NCBI GenBank assembly: GCA_002171615.1
Contig: NHEF01000019.1
Location: 36,770-100,769, forward strand
Reading direction: 5' to 3'
Source: Gammaproteobacteria bacterium TMED78
GTDB lineage: Bacteria; Pseudomonadota; Gammaproteobacteria; Steroidobacterales; Rariloculaceae
Length of the DNA stretch: 64,000 bases
Below the pieces are notes generated by a model. It did not search any database, was not told the DNA's origin, and saw only the letters and a program-made list of their open reading frames with translations. Each line of letters begins with the position of its first letter. The stretch's first letter is position 1. The position numbers and the translations under genes are program-made. Shown here piece by piece: positions 28,028-37,972 of the stretch.

Positions 28028-28901
28028 CTTTAATAGCGGTATCTAATGCTGTAGGTATTGTTGCGGCAGAAGTATTAGCGTGATCAGAAACTGTAACTAC
28101 TACTTTTTCCATAGGCATATCTAATTTTTCTGCAGCAGCCTTAATAATTCGTAAATTAGCTTGATGGGGCACTAGCCAATCTATATCACTTTTATTTAAA
28201 TTATTATTTTTGAGTACCTCATCTACCATGCTACCTAGAGTTTTAACCGCTACCCTAAAAACTTCTTTACCCTTCATATGAATAGTAGCATCCTCAAATA
28301 CACCCTTCTTTGAGGGCATGCCTCCGCTTGCATACAATAAATCTCTGTATGATCCATCTGAAGCTAAATTTGAGTAAATGATTCCAGGCTTCTCCGACGC
28401 TTCAATAATTACTGCACCAGCACCATCCCCAAATAAAACACAAGTCTCTCTATCATTCCAATCTAATATTCTTGATATTACTTCAGCTCCAACAACTAAT
28501 ATTCTTTTCTTGTGTCCAGTCCTAATAAACTGATCAGCTGTTGTTAAGGCATAGATAAAGCCAGTGCAAGCAGCCTCTAAGCTAAAAGAAGGAATACCTC
28601 TTACACCTAACTTTTCTTGTAATATAGTTCCGACATTAGGAAAAATAAGATCAGGGGTACAGGTGCCAACAATGATCATGTCAATCTCATTAGGCTCAAT
28701 GCCTGCGCTTTCAATTGCCAGTAAAGAAGCCTCATAAGCAAGATCGCTAGTAAGCTGATCATCTGATGCTATATGTCTTTGCCTCACTCCAGTTCTTGAT
28801 ACAATCCATTGGTCTGAAGTATCGACAATCTTTTCAAGATCGGTATTGCTTAAAATACGATCTGGCAAATAACTTCCTGTACCTATAATCTTTGAATACA
28901 T
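27942..28901 (-). CDS. fabH: 3-oxoacyl-ACP synthase III
   Basis: 319 aa. MYSKIIGTGSYLPDRILSNTDLEK, active-site context LEAACTGFIYAL, VPHQANLRI and GAGFTWGA. Confidence 0.95.
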   Translation of the reverse strand: MYSKIIGTGSYLPDRILSNTDLEKIVDTSDQWIVSRTGVRQRHIASDDQLTSDLAYEASLLAIESAGIEPNEIDMIIVGTCTPDLIFPNVGTILQEKLGVRGIPSFSLEAACTGFIYALTTADQFIRTGHKKRILVVGAEVISRILDWNDRETCVLFGDGAGAVIIEASEKPGIIYSNLASDGSYRDLLYASGGMPSKKGVFEDATIHMKGKEVFRVAVKTLGSMVDEVLKNNNLNKSDIDWLVPHQANLRIIKAAAEKLDMPMEKVVVTVSDHANTSAATIPTALDTAIKDGRIKKGDLLLLEAFGAGFTWGASLVRY

Positions 28902-28908
28902 CCTTATT

Positions 28909-29916
28909 TTATAAACCTTCGATATAATTTTTAATTTCTGAAGTTAAGTCCTTTCTTGCCTCTATTACTGCAATATCAATTGCTGACTCAAAGGCTAAGC
29001 TATCAGAATGGCCATGGCTCTTAACTACTATACCATTTAAACCAACAAAAGTTGCGCCATTATACCTTCTAGAATCCAACCTCTTTTTTATCCCTCTAAT
29101 AGAGCTATTTGCCAGCAAAGATTGAATTTTCCTAAATAAATTTAGATTAAATTCCTGCTTTACATAATAAGTAATTAAGCTAGCAACTCCCTCAATCGAC
29201 TTTAAAGCTATATTACCTACAAATCCATCTGTAACAACAACATCAGCAACATTTTGAAATATATCACTACCTTCTACAAAGCCAATATAATTTAGATTGC
29301 TATCTGACAGAAGCTTGGATGTGTCTTTTACTAAACTATTCCCTTTAATTTCTTCCTTACCAATATTTAGCAACCCTATCTTCGGACTTTCTATACCCAT
29401 AATATCTTTAGAAACTATAGATCCCATTATCGCGAACTGCAGTAGATTATTGGGGGTAGTGTCAACATTTGCACCTAAGTCGAGCATAAAAACTGGACCA
29501 TTAACAGCAGGCATCGCTGAAATAATAGCTGGTCGATCTACTCCGGGAATTGTACCAAGAAGAAACTTTGCTGTTGCCATAAGGGCGCCAGTATTTCCTG
29601 AGCTCACACAGGCATGTGCTCTTTTATATTTTACCTCCTCAATAGCGAGTCTAAGAGAAGACTTTTTTTTCTTTCTAATAACCTCTAGCGGGTTATCGTT
29701 CATGGAGACTACTTCGGTCGCTTCAATAAAAGAAATTCTATCTCTATATTTACCTTTCATAGAAGAGTCAATGTTCTGAAGAGCTTCTGGTAGGCCTACT
29801 AAAGTTAGATGAACAGTATTATATTTCTTGAGAATATTGTTAGCAGCTAGAAATACTACTTCAGGACCCCGATCTCCTCCCATTATATCAAGGGCAATAC
29901 TTAAATCAGAATTCAT
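28909..29916 (-). CDS. plsX: phosphate acyltransferase PlsX
   Basis: 335 aa. IALDIMGGDRGPE and VSSGNTGALMA; position between rpmF and fabH as in E. coli. Confidence 0.95.
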   Translation of the reverse strand: MNSDLSIALDIMGGDRGPEVVFLAANNILKKYNTVHLTLVGLPEALQNIDSSMKGKYRDRISFIEATEVVSMNDNPLEVIRKKKKSSLRLAIEEVKYKRAHACVSSGNTGALMATAKFLLGTIPGVDRPAIISAMPAVNGPVFMLDLGANVDTTPNNLLQFAIMGSIVSKDIMGIESPKIGLLNIGKEEIKGNSLVKDTSKLLSDSNLNYIGFVEGSDIFQNVADVVVTDGFVGNIALKSIEGVASLITYYVKQEFNLNLFRKIQSLLANSSIRGIKKRLDSRRYNGATFVGLNGIVVKSHGHSDSLAFESAIDIAVIEARKDLTSEIKNYIEGL

Positions 29917-29959
29917 AAAAAGTCCTTGCTATTATTAAAGAAAATTATTTGCCCTAGTG

Positions 29960-30163
29960 TTAGCTTTCCTCTTCTTGCGTCTCTTTTGGCTCGGGAATAT
30001 CAATAATTTTTTTACCGCGATAAAAACCATCAGCAGTTATATGGTGTCTTTGGTGAGTCTCTCCAGTAGATGGATCTATGGATAAAGTAGACATCTTAAG
30101 AGAATCATGAGACCTTCTCATTCCTCTTTTAGATGGTGTTTTCCTTCCTTTCTGAACAGCCAT
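29960..30163 (-). CDS. rpmF: 50S ribosomal protein L32
   Basis: 67 aa, [23 protein letters not shown]..., with an acidic C-terminal extension. Confidence 0.93.
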   Translation of the reverse strand: MAVQKGRKTPSKRGMRRSHDSLKMSTLSIDPSTGETHQRHHITADGFYRGKKIIDIPEPKETQEEES

Positions 30164-30198
30164 AGCTTACATCTCCTCTGAATACAAAAATAAATAGA

Positions 30199-30663
30199 CT
30201 AATATTTGCTAATTTTATCAGCAAGACTGCCACATTCAATATTTTTTTTATGTGATGCAATGATTGGTAAAGATAAAATTAGCTCATCTTCGATTAAAAC
30301 CGCAATATTTAAGCCTTCCTCTGATACTATCAAGATATCCTTACCATCGCTCTCTACAAGGCTAGCTTGATCACTCTCTAACAAAATATATTGAGCATTC
30401 TCATTGATATAATGAAAAAATGGTTCTAGACATCTCTGGCATAGTAACTGCACTTTACCAGATATTTTGAAAGTAACCGAACAATGGTACTTATATATTA
30501 AAGAAAAATAAAATTCACAAAGGATACTTCCTTCACTTGAAAACAACGAAGAATTTAGCCTTGATAATCTGATAGTTTCAATAAAATCTTTTCCAGAATA
30601 GGAAGATTTAGAAAAATTATAGATTTCAGAAAAACTATAATATGACTCAAAGCAGATAGGCAT
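30199..30663 (-). CDS. yceD: YceD/DUF177 family protein (large-subunit rRNA accumulation protein)
   Basis: 154 aa. CQRCLEPF motif and conserved position immediately upstream of rpmF. Confidence 0.75.
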   Translation of the reverse strand: MPICFESYYSFSEIYNFSKSSYSGKDFIETIRLSRLNSSLFSSEGSILCEFYFSLIYKYHCSVTFKISGKVQLLCQRCLEPFFHYINENAQYILLESDQASLVESDGKDILIVSEEGLNIAVLIEDELILSLPIIASHKKNIECGSLADKISKY

Positions 30664-30729
30664 AAATTACACTATAATAGATTTAATAACATTTATTGGT
30701 AATTAATATTCTAATATAATATTTCTAAT

Positions 30730-31311
30730 ATGAAAAAACTTATTCTTGCATCAAAATCAATCTATAGAAAGGAGCTCTTAGAAAGCCTAGGAGTGTCTTT
30801 TGAAACTAGAGTATCAAAAATAAACGAAAAGAAAAAAAGAAATGAAAGTGTTAAGAATCTTGCATCTAGACTATCAAGAGAAAAAGCTGAATCTGTAATA
30901 ATAAATAATAATTTACAAGAAGTGATTATTGGAGCCGATCAGGTTGCTAGTATTGAAGGCGAAGAACTAAAAAAACCTAATAATGAGAAAATAGCAACTA
31001 AACAGCTAATCAGATGTAAAAATAAAAATATCCTTTTTTATAGCGCAGTAACAATAATTGATACAAAAGAAATGGAGTATTACTCAATAAATAGTATTAC
31101 AAATACAAAAATGAGGAATGTGTCAGAGAAAGAAATAATCAATTATCTTAGAAAGACTAATCCCTATGATTGCTCAGGAGGAATAAAAATAGAGGGAGTA
31201 GGAGTTGGGCTTTTTAAATATATTAAATCTGATGACCCTTCTTCAATACTTGGCTTACCTTTGATTTGGGTATCCAAAACTCTAAAAAAACTTGGCATTA
31301 AAATACTTTAG
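30730..31311 (+). CDS. maf: Maf-like nucleoside triphosphate pyrophosphatase (YceF-type)
   Basis: 193 aa. LILASKSIYRKELLESLG ... GADQV ... YDCSGGIKIEG; divergent from yceD as in E. coli. Confidence 0.85.
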   Translation: MKKLILASKSIYRKELLESLGVSFETRVSKINEKKKRNESVKNLASRLSREKAESVIINNNLQEVIIGADQVASIEGEELKKPNNEKIATKQLIRCKNKNILFYSAVTIIDTKEMEYYSINSITNTKMRNVSEKEIINYLRKTNPYDCSGGIKIEGVGVGLFKYIKSDDPSSILGLPLIWVSKTLKKLGIKIL

Positions 31312-32255
31312 CTAACAAGCCTTTTATGTAGTTTTTTTAAATCATCTGGTAGTGGACAACTAATAGATAAGTCTCCTTTGCTATCAGACCAAGAAAAACT
31401 TATTGCATGAGCATGTAAAAAAATTCTTTGTAACCCTTTTTTCTTGATTATTTTATTAAAGTCTTTATCACCATATTGTTGATCTCCAGCAATAGGATAG
31501 CCTAGATATTTTGAATGAGCTCTAATTTGATGAGTTCTTCCAGTTTCAATGACTACCTCCACAAGAGAAGCTAAGCCTCCAAAACTCTCAATAAGCTTAA
31601 AATGACTTTTTGCATTCTTGCCCTCTTTGCTAACCTTAACAAAACTTTGTCCATTTGATTTTTTGTAGGTAAATAGTGGCTCATCAACAGTTATGGTCCC
31701 CAGCTCCCAAGAGCCTTTGACTAAAGCTAAATAACGTTTTTCAACTAGCTTTTCTCTAATCAAAAGATGAAGATGTCGCAAGGTGCTCCGTTTTTTGGCT
31801 ACTAATAAACAGCCAGATGTTCCTCTGTCAAGGCGATGAACTAGATCTAATTCTTTAAACTTGGGATAAATTATTCTTAAGGTCTCTATGCAGCCATAAT
31901 CTATTCCAGAGCCTCCATGAACTGCTACACCAGAGGGTTTATTTAAAACAATTAGCTTATTATCTTCATAAATAACTGAATTTTTTACTAAATCTATATT
32001 GGATGGATTTTGTGTCTTGTGATCCTTAGCTTTTATAAAAACTGGCGGAATCCTTAAATTATCCCCTTCCCTAAGCCTATAATTTGGTCTTACTCTAGAG
32101 CTATTTACTCTAACTTGTCCAGATCTAATTAATTGGTATATATGACTCCTAGGTACCTTTTTTAGCCTCCCAAGCAAGTAATTATCTAGCCTCTGGCCAC
32201 TAGAGGCATTATCTATTAATCGATAATTAATTGATTTATATGTAGAATTATTCAT
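31308..32255 (-). CDS. rluC: 23S rRNA pseudouridine synthase RluC (RluA family)
   Basis: 315 aa. S4 domain (QRLDNYL), catalytic HRLDRGTSGCLLVAK and GRTHQIRAH; divergent from rne as in E. coli. Confidence 0.85.
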   Translation of the reverse strand: MNNSTYKSINYRLIDNASSGQRLDNYLLGRLKKVPRSHIYQLIRSGQVRVNSSRVRPNYRLREGDNLRIPPVFIKAKDHKTQNPSNIDLVKNSVIYEDNKLIVLNKPSGVAVHGGSGIDYGCIETLRIIYPKFKELDLVHRLDRGTSGCLLVAKKRSTLRHLHLLIREKLVEKRYLALVKGSWELGTITVDEPLFTYKKSNGQSFVKVSKEGKNAKSHFKLIESFGGLASLVEVVIETGRTHQIRAHSKYLGYPIAGDQQYGDKDFNKIIKKKGLQRIFLHAHAISFSWSDSKGDLSISCPLPDDLKKLHKRLVS

Positions 32256-32590
32256 ATATCTAAAAAAAGATGGTAGTTAATAATTGAGCAACTATAAGTG
32301 TATGCTATAGTATATGGACTATTTAATGTATTAATTTTTGGTTTTTTACGAAGTAGAAATAAAATTTAGCTACTTTTTAAGATTTTTTTTAATCGATGGA
32401 TAATTAAATTCAATACAACTAATTTTTGCGAGGATAAAGGCTTAATTAAATATTAAAAAAATATTCAATAAGGCTGATGAAATAAAGATGATACTTTTAT
32501 ATTTAAAATATATGCTAAATAGTGGTTATAGCCTCGAATTATTATTTGATAATTTTTTTATAACATCCATCGCTACAGGATTTCAAGACA
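32256..32590 (+). promoter_or_regulatory. rne/rluC divergent promoter region and long rne 5' leader
   Basis: At 335 nt this is the largest non-coding gap in the window. By analogy, E. coli rne has a ~360-nt autoregulatory 5' UTR. No specific structure could be verified by eye. Confidence 0.3.
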
Positions 32591-34465
32591 ATGAAAAGAA
32601 TGATAATAAATGCAGCTCAGAAAGAAGAGTTGCGCGTAGCCATGGTGGATGGCCAAAGGCTTTATGATCTAAATATTGAGTTACCCTCTAAAGAACAAAA
32701 GAAAGCTAACATTTACAAGGGTAGAATATCAAGAGTAGAGCCCAGTCTAGATGCGGTATTTGTTGATTATGGCAATGATCGACATGGCTTTCTCCCTATT
32801 AAAGAAATATCCCCTGAATATTTTTCAAAACCAGTTCCAGATGGAGAGAGAGTCCAAATTAAAGATGTGCTTAAAGAGAATCAACAAATTGTTGTTCAGG
32901 TTGAAAAAGAAGAAAGAGGTAATAAAGGAGCAGCATTAACAACATACATAAGTTTAGCAGGTAGATTTTTAGTTTTAATGCCTAATAACCCAAAAGCAAG
33001 CGGCGTCTCAAGAAGAATCACAGGACCAGATAGAGATATCGTCCAAAACTCATTAAAAGAATTAAATCTTTCTGAGGAAATGGGATGCATAGTAAGAACT
33101 GCTGGAGTTGGAAGAGATAATGAAGAATTAAAGTGGGATCTTGAGTATTTGCTCAATGTTTGGGACTCAATAAAAAAAGAAGCAGTAAGTAGACCTGCAA
33201 CTTTTTTAATTTATCAAGAAAGTAATGCAATAATTAGAGCAATTAGAGATTACCTTACTAATGATGTGGGTGAAATTCTTATAGAAGGTAAAAGTACTTT
33301 TGATGAAGCTAAAATATTTATGAGTCAAGTTATGCCTCATAATATAGAAAAGCTAAAAGAGTACGATGATAAATCTGTTCCTCTATTTACAAGATTTCAA
33401 GTAGAGTCACAAATTGAATCTGCCTTTTCTCATTCTGTATCTCTACCCTCAGGTGGAAGTATAGTGATAGACCATAACGAAGCATTAACAGCTATTGATA
33501 TTAACTCATCTCGATCTACAAAAGGTGGTGATATTGAGGATACAGCATTAAATACAAATTTAGAAGCTGCGACAGAACTTGCTAGACAGTTAAGAATTAG
33601 AGATCTTGGCGGTCTAGTTGTAATTGATTTCATTGATATGCTTTCGCATTCAAACCAAAGAAAAGTTGTAAATAAACTTAAAGATGAAGTAAGAACTGAT
33701 AAAGCAAGAATACAAATTGGAAGAATATCTAAATTTGGCCTTCTTGAGATGTCAAGACAAAGAATTAGACCATCACTTGATGAATCAATGCAGTCAGTAT
33801 GCCCAAGGTGTAATGGTGTAGGTAGAATAAGAGGAATAGAATCATTAGCTTTAGCGATCTTAAGACTAATTAGTGAAGAGTCTAGAAAAGATAATACATC
33901 GAAAGTGATAGCCAATATCCCTGTAGATGTTTGTAACTATATACTTAATGAAAAAAGAAATTGGGTTGAATCGATTCAAAAAGAAAATAATATTAATATA
34001 GTAATCGTAGGTAATCAATATTTAGATTCACCAAATTACTCTATAAAGAGAATAAAAGAAAATGAGCTTGATCTGCCTGAAAATATCAGTCCTAGCTATA
34101 AGCAAGTTGATGACACCCAGGTAAATTCTGAATTTAATGTTTATGAATCTGATAATAAGCCTATCCAGAAGCCTGCTGTATCAAATATACTTCCAACTAG
34201 ACCAGCGCCAAAACCTAAATCAGATAAATCTATTTTCAGTATGCTGTTTGGATGGCTTTTTCCTAAGAAAAAAAATATAAAAAAGAAGTATAGAAAAAGA
34301 TATTCAAGAAACAAAAAAAGAAAGGGTAACTACCCTAAATATAATAATGATAAAAAAATCGATGCTAAAAATAACAAGACATCTGGTTCAAAGAATACTA
34401 GAAAGAAATATCATAAAAAGAGAACGTCTAGAAAGAATGATGGTGATGCTAACTCTTCACAGTAA
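32591..34465 (+). CDS. rne: ribonuclease E (short form with Lys/Arg-rich tail)
   Basis: 624 aa. MKRMIINAAQKEELRVAMVDGQRLYDLNIE, S1 domain ANIYKGRISRVEPSLDAVFVDYGNDRHGFLPIKEI and Zn-link CPRCNGVGRI. The C-terminal ~110 aa are extremely basic. Confidence 0.9.
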   Translation: MKRMIINAAQKEELRVAMVDGQRLYDLNIELPSKEQKKANIYKGRISRVEPSLDAVFVDYGNDRHGFLPIKEISPEYFSKPVPDGERVQIKDVLKENQQIVVQVEKEERGNKGAALTTYISLAGRFLVLMPNNPKASGVSRRITGPDRDIVQNSLKELNLSEEMGCIVRTAGVGRDNEELKWDLEYLLNVWDSIKKEAVSRPATFLIYQESNAIIRAIRDYLTNDVGEILIEGKSTFDEAKIFMSQVMPHNIEKLKEYDDKSVPLFTRFQVESQIESAFSHSVSLPSGGSIVIDHNEALTAIDINSSRSTKGGDIEDTALNTNLEAATELARQLRIRDLGGLVVIDFIDMLSHSNQRKVVNKLKDEVRTDKARIQIGRISKFGLLEMSRQRIRPSLDESMQSVCPRCNGVGRIRGIESLALAILRLISEESRKDNTSKVIANIPVDVCNYILNEKRNWVESIQKENNINIVIVGNQYLDSPNYSIKRIKENELDLPENISPSYKQVDDTQVNSEFNVYESDNKPIQKPAVSNILPTRPAPKPKSDKSIFSMLFGWLFPKKKNIKKKYRKRYSRNKKRKGNYPKYNNDKKIDAKNNKTSGSKNTRKKYHKKRTSRKNDGDANSSQ

Positions 34466-35207
34466 TAAAATGTTTTCTTACCTTTTCAAGATCGTCATAA
34501 GTATCAACACTCATATAAGGCTCCTTATGAGCAACTTCTACTGCGATATTTATACCTAACCATAGAGGTCTTAGCTGCTCTAGCTTTTCTATCTCCTCCA
34601 AATTGGTTACTGGGCATCTTGAAATTTCTTTAAGTGCTTTAACTCTATAAGCATATATTCCTATATGTCTCATTGCACAATTAAAATCATAGTCACCATC
34701 TCTTGAAAATGGAATAGCGGCTCTACTAAAATATATTGCATTATTATCTTTAGACAATATAACCTTAGCTGTATCTTTGCTAAGAAACTCACTCTTATCT
34801 TTTAAGTTAGTAACTAAAGTTGACATAGAATAATCTGGCCTTTCAATTAATATGTTTGCTACTTGATCAATTATCTCGAATGGCATTAAAGGCTCATCAC
34901 CCTGAAGATTTACAATTATTTGATTATCATCCCAAGAATTTATTTCGGCTAATTCTGAGATCCTATCAGTACCAGATTGATGCCTATTTGAAGTTAAAAC
35001 AACATTTATTTTATATTTTCTACATTCATCTACAATCCTATCATCATCTGTAGCAACTAAAATCTCAGAAGCGCTAGTTTTACATGCAACATCAAAAACT
35101 CTAGATATCATAGACTTTCCACATATATCTACTAGTGGCTTACCGGGTAGTCTTGTAGATTCATATCTAGCAGGAATTACAATAATAAATTCTTTCTTTA
35201 ATGACAA
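34449..35207 (-). CDS. kdsB: 3-deoxy-manno-octulosonate cytidylyltransferase (CMP-KDO synthetase)
   Basis: 252 aa. IVIPARYESTRLPGKPL, VNLQGDEPLMP and HIGIYAYR. Confidence 0.93.
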   Translation of the reverse strand: MSLKKEFIIVIPARYESTRLPGKPLVDICGKSMISRVFDVACKTSASEILVATDDDRIVDECRKYKINVVLTSNRHQSGTDRISELAEINSWDDNQIIVNLQGDEPLMPFEIIDQVANILIERPDYSMSTLVTNLKDKSEFLSKDTAKVILSKDNNAIYFSRAAIPFSRDGDYDFNCAMRHIGIYAYRVKALKEISRCPVTNLEEIEKLEQLRPLWLGINIAVEVAHKEPYMSVDTYDDLEKVRKHFITVKS

Positions 35208-36190
35208 GTCAGCACCTTTAACGAACCAATTATTCGATCAGCATCTTCTTTTTTAAACTTTAATTCTACTTCTACTATCCAAATATTTTTATTTATAGAA
35301 AAATTATACTTTATAGCATCCTTATCGGTTATAAATACAGGTAATTTATCATTAAAAAATAAATCATTAGTCTTTATATCTGCATGGTCTGGTAGCGGGT
35401 GTTCAATTACATTTACTGAATAACTTCTAAGTAAATCAAAAAAACGACTTGGGTTACCTATACCAGCTACCGCATGGACAGTAGATCCTGAAAAATCTTC
35501 TATTTTTCTTAAGGATGTACCCTCAACTTGCTTAATTGAAAGAATCTTTAAACTACTTTTTATTGCATTAGGAAGGTTATAGGGGCCTTCATTTATTATC
35601 AACATATCAGCCTTATTCATACGATTAGATTTCTCTCTTAAGGGTCCAGCTGGAAAACATAATCCATTACCTATACCTCTCTTTCCATCAAACATAATAA
35701 ACTCATAATCCCTTTTCATTTTATAATGCTGAAGGCCATCATCACTTAGTATAATATCAATATTTTTTTGTCTTAAAATATGTTTAGCCGCATCAACTCG
35801 ATTGTGAGCAATAACAGTGAGACAATGAGTTTTTTTTGCTATAAGAGTAGCTTCATCTCCTGTAACTATTGGATCACTTTTACTATTCACAATAGTTGGT
35901 TTTCCAGAATATAAGCCTTTATAGCCTCGACTTATTATGCCAACTCTTAAACCAGTAGATGATAAATTTTTAGCTAACCAAATAATGAAAGATGTTTTAC
36001 CAGTACCGCCAAATGATAAATTCCCAACTATCACTATTGGAACCTTGGTAGCAAAAGTAGTTTGAAAAAAATTAGTATAAATAATTTTTCTTAAAAAGGT
36101 AATTATTATAAATAAAACAGATAATGGATAAAGAAAAAACTTTAACTTATTGTCATTATACCAAATCCAATTAAAAAATTGAGATAGCAT
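35198..36190 (-). CDS. lpxK: tetraacyldisaccharide 4'-kinase
   Basis: 330 aa. P-loop VGNLSFGGTGKT and ILSDDGLQH; located between msbA and kdsB. Confidence 0.9.
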   Translation of the reverse strand: MLSQFFNWIWYNDNKLKFFLYPLSVLFIIITFLRKIIYTNFFQTTFATKVPIVIVGNLSFGGTGKTSFIIWLAKNLSSTGLRVGIISRGYKGLYSGKPTIVNSKSDPIVTGDEATLIAKKTHCLTVIAHNRVDAAKHILRQKNIDIILSDDGLQHYKMKRDYEFIMFDGKRGIGNGLCFPAGPLREKSNRMNKADMLIINEGPYNLPNAIKSSLKILSIKQVEGTSLRKIEDFSGSTVHAVAGIGNPSRFFDLLRSYSVNVIEHPLPDHADIKTNDLFFNDKLPVFITDKDAIKYNFSINKNIWIVEVELKFKKEDADRIIGSLKVLTCH

Positions 36191-36196
36191 AAGAAA

Positions 36197-37945
36197 TTAA
36201 ACAGAAAATTGCATAGAATGTAAATCTCTATAGTGGCCACCAATATCAAGAAGTTCTTGATGGGTGCCACTCTCCACTAAAGAGCCGTCTTTTAAAACTA
36301 AAATAAGATCAGCCTTCTCTACTGTAGATAACCGGTGAGCTATTACTAATGTCGTCCTTCCGTCCATGAGCGTTGTCATGGCCCTTTGTATATAACTCTC
36401 AGATTCATTATCTAAAGCAGATGTTGCCTCATCTAATATTAAAATTGGTGAATTTTTTAGAAAGGCTCTAGCGATTGCTATCCTCTGCTTTTGGCCTCCT
36501 GATAATAAAATTCCTTTCTCCCCTACTTCTGAATCTATTCCATTAGGTAGTAAATCACAAAACTCCATAACATAAGCTGATTCTGCGGCCTTCAAGATAT
36601 CCTCTCTAGGTAAACTCGAAAGACCTCCATAACAAATATTATTTGCGATGGTATCATTAAACAACATTATATCTTGGCTAACTAAGCTAATCTGTCTTCT
36701 TAGATTTTTTAATCCATATTGATTAAGATTGACTCCATCTAATAGAATTTCTCCCTTATCAACATCATAGAAGCGCGGGAGCAGTCCAACTAGCGTTGAT
36801 TTACCACTTCCTGATCTTCCTACAATAGCTACAGTGGTCCCGGCTCTGATATTAAAAGAAATGTTATTTAGAACTTTCCCTTTATCTTTATCATATGTGA
36901 ATGAAATGCTATTTATATTAATCTCTCCACTAATTTTTTTAGATTCAATATGACCATCATCTCTCTCTGTAGGCTCATCAATAATCTCAAAAAGGCTTTC
37001 ACCTGCAGCTATACCTCTTTGAAGAGCAAGATTTATATTGACGATTCTTTTTAAAGGGGCTAAAAGCATACCCATAGCAGTTAAAAATCCCATAAACGAT
37101 GCTGCATTTAATATATTGCTGGCAGCATTAGAAAAAGCAACGTAAATAACTGCTGAAACACCTAAAGCAACAGTATACTGAGTTAATGCATCTCCCAATG
37201 AAACTGTAGCCACTAACTTTAAATTCATCTTGTAATTAGCTTTATTGATTTTATTAAATTTTTTATTCTCATAATCTTGGCCTTCAAATATTTTCACCAC
37301 CTTATGAGCTGATACAGCTGATTCTATAACCCTTGTAGCATCACCCATTGATGTTTGTATTTTAGTGCTATATCTTCTGAAAGCCTTGCTCATCATTGAA
37401 ACTAATAAAGCTACAATAGGAGTAGTAATAGCAACTAGGCTAGTCAATAGGGGGCTAAAATAAACCATAGCACCAACTAGAACGATTATTGTTAATGTAT
37501 CCCTAACTAAAACTACTAATGCATTAGAAATAGCTTCAGCAACCTGCTCGGTATTATAAGTTAATTTTGATACAAGCATTCCTACAGAGGAAGAATCAAA
37601 ATACCTTGAAGGAAGATCAGTATACTTCATAAATATTAAAGATCTTAAATCGCGAATAACTCTTCTTCCTATCCACGCTAAACCATAAATTGAAATAAAA
37701 TCAGTTAAGCCTCTTACTGCGAAAGTTAAAAGTATAACGAAGGGAAGGTATAGACCTTGACCCTTAATTCCATTCTCAAGTATTTCAAATACATCTCTCA
37801 TAATAAAAGGGACATAAGCATTTGCAGCAGAATAAAATAGCATGGCTATAAATGAAAAAAGTAATACACGCCAATGTGGCGTAACATATTTTAGGAGCCT
37901 TTGATAAACTAAATTAACTCTTTTATCTAAACTAAATCTTTTCAA
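36197..37945 (-). CDS. msbA: lipid A export ATP-binding/permease protein MsbA
   Basis: 582 aa. Six N-terminal membrane helices plus an ABC domain (GRSGSGKST, LSGGQKQRIAIARA, ILILDEATSALD); upstream of lpxK. Confidence 0.9.
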   Translation of the reverse strand: MKRFSLDKRVNLVYQRLLKYVTPHWRVLLFSFIAMLFYSAANAYVPFIMRDVFEILENGIKGQGLYLPFVILLTFAVRGLTDFISIYGLAWIGRRVIRDLRSLIFMKYTDLPSRYFDSSSVGMLVSKLTYNTEQVAEAISNALVVLVRDTLTIIVLVGAMVYFSPLLTSLVAITTPIVALLVSMMSKAFRRYSTKIQTSMGDATRVIESAVSAHKVVKIFEGQDYENKKFNKINKANYKMNLKLVATVSLGDALTQYTVALGVSAVIYVAFSNAASNILNAASFMGFLTAMGMLLAPLKRIVNINLALQRGIAAGESLFEIIDEPTERDDGHIESKKISGEININSISFTYDKDKGKVLNNISFNIRAGTTVAIVGRSGSGKSTLVGLLPRFYDVDKGEILLDGVNLNQYGLKNLRRQISLVSQDIMLFNDTIANNICYGGLSSLPREDILKAAESAYVMEFCDLLPNGIDSEVGEKGILLSGGQKQRIAIARAFLKNSPILILDEATSALDNESESYIQRAMTTLMDGRTTLVIAHRLSTVEKADLILVLKDGSLVESGTHQELLDIGGHYRDLHSMQFSV

Positions 37946-37972
37946 AATATTTTCCTCTTAATTACAAATAAA

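Noticed and set aside
29297-29779. 160-aa plus-strand ORF
   Set aside because: It is entirely antisense to plsX, which has unmistakable motifs, and shows no independent signals.
32488-32667. 59-codon upstream ORF in the rne leader, running out of frame across the rne start codon
   Set aside because: It has no Shine-Dalgarno sequence that I could see and an AT-driven composition, and it overlaps the strongly conserved rne N-terminus in another frame. It is probably spurious, though a regulatory uORF cannot be excluded without ribosome profiling.
33430-33915. 161-aa minus-strand ORF
   Set aside because: It is entirely antisense to the conserved catalytic region of rne.
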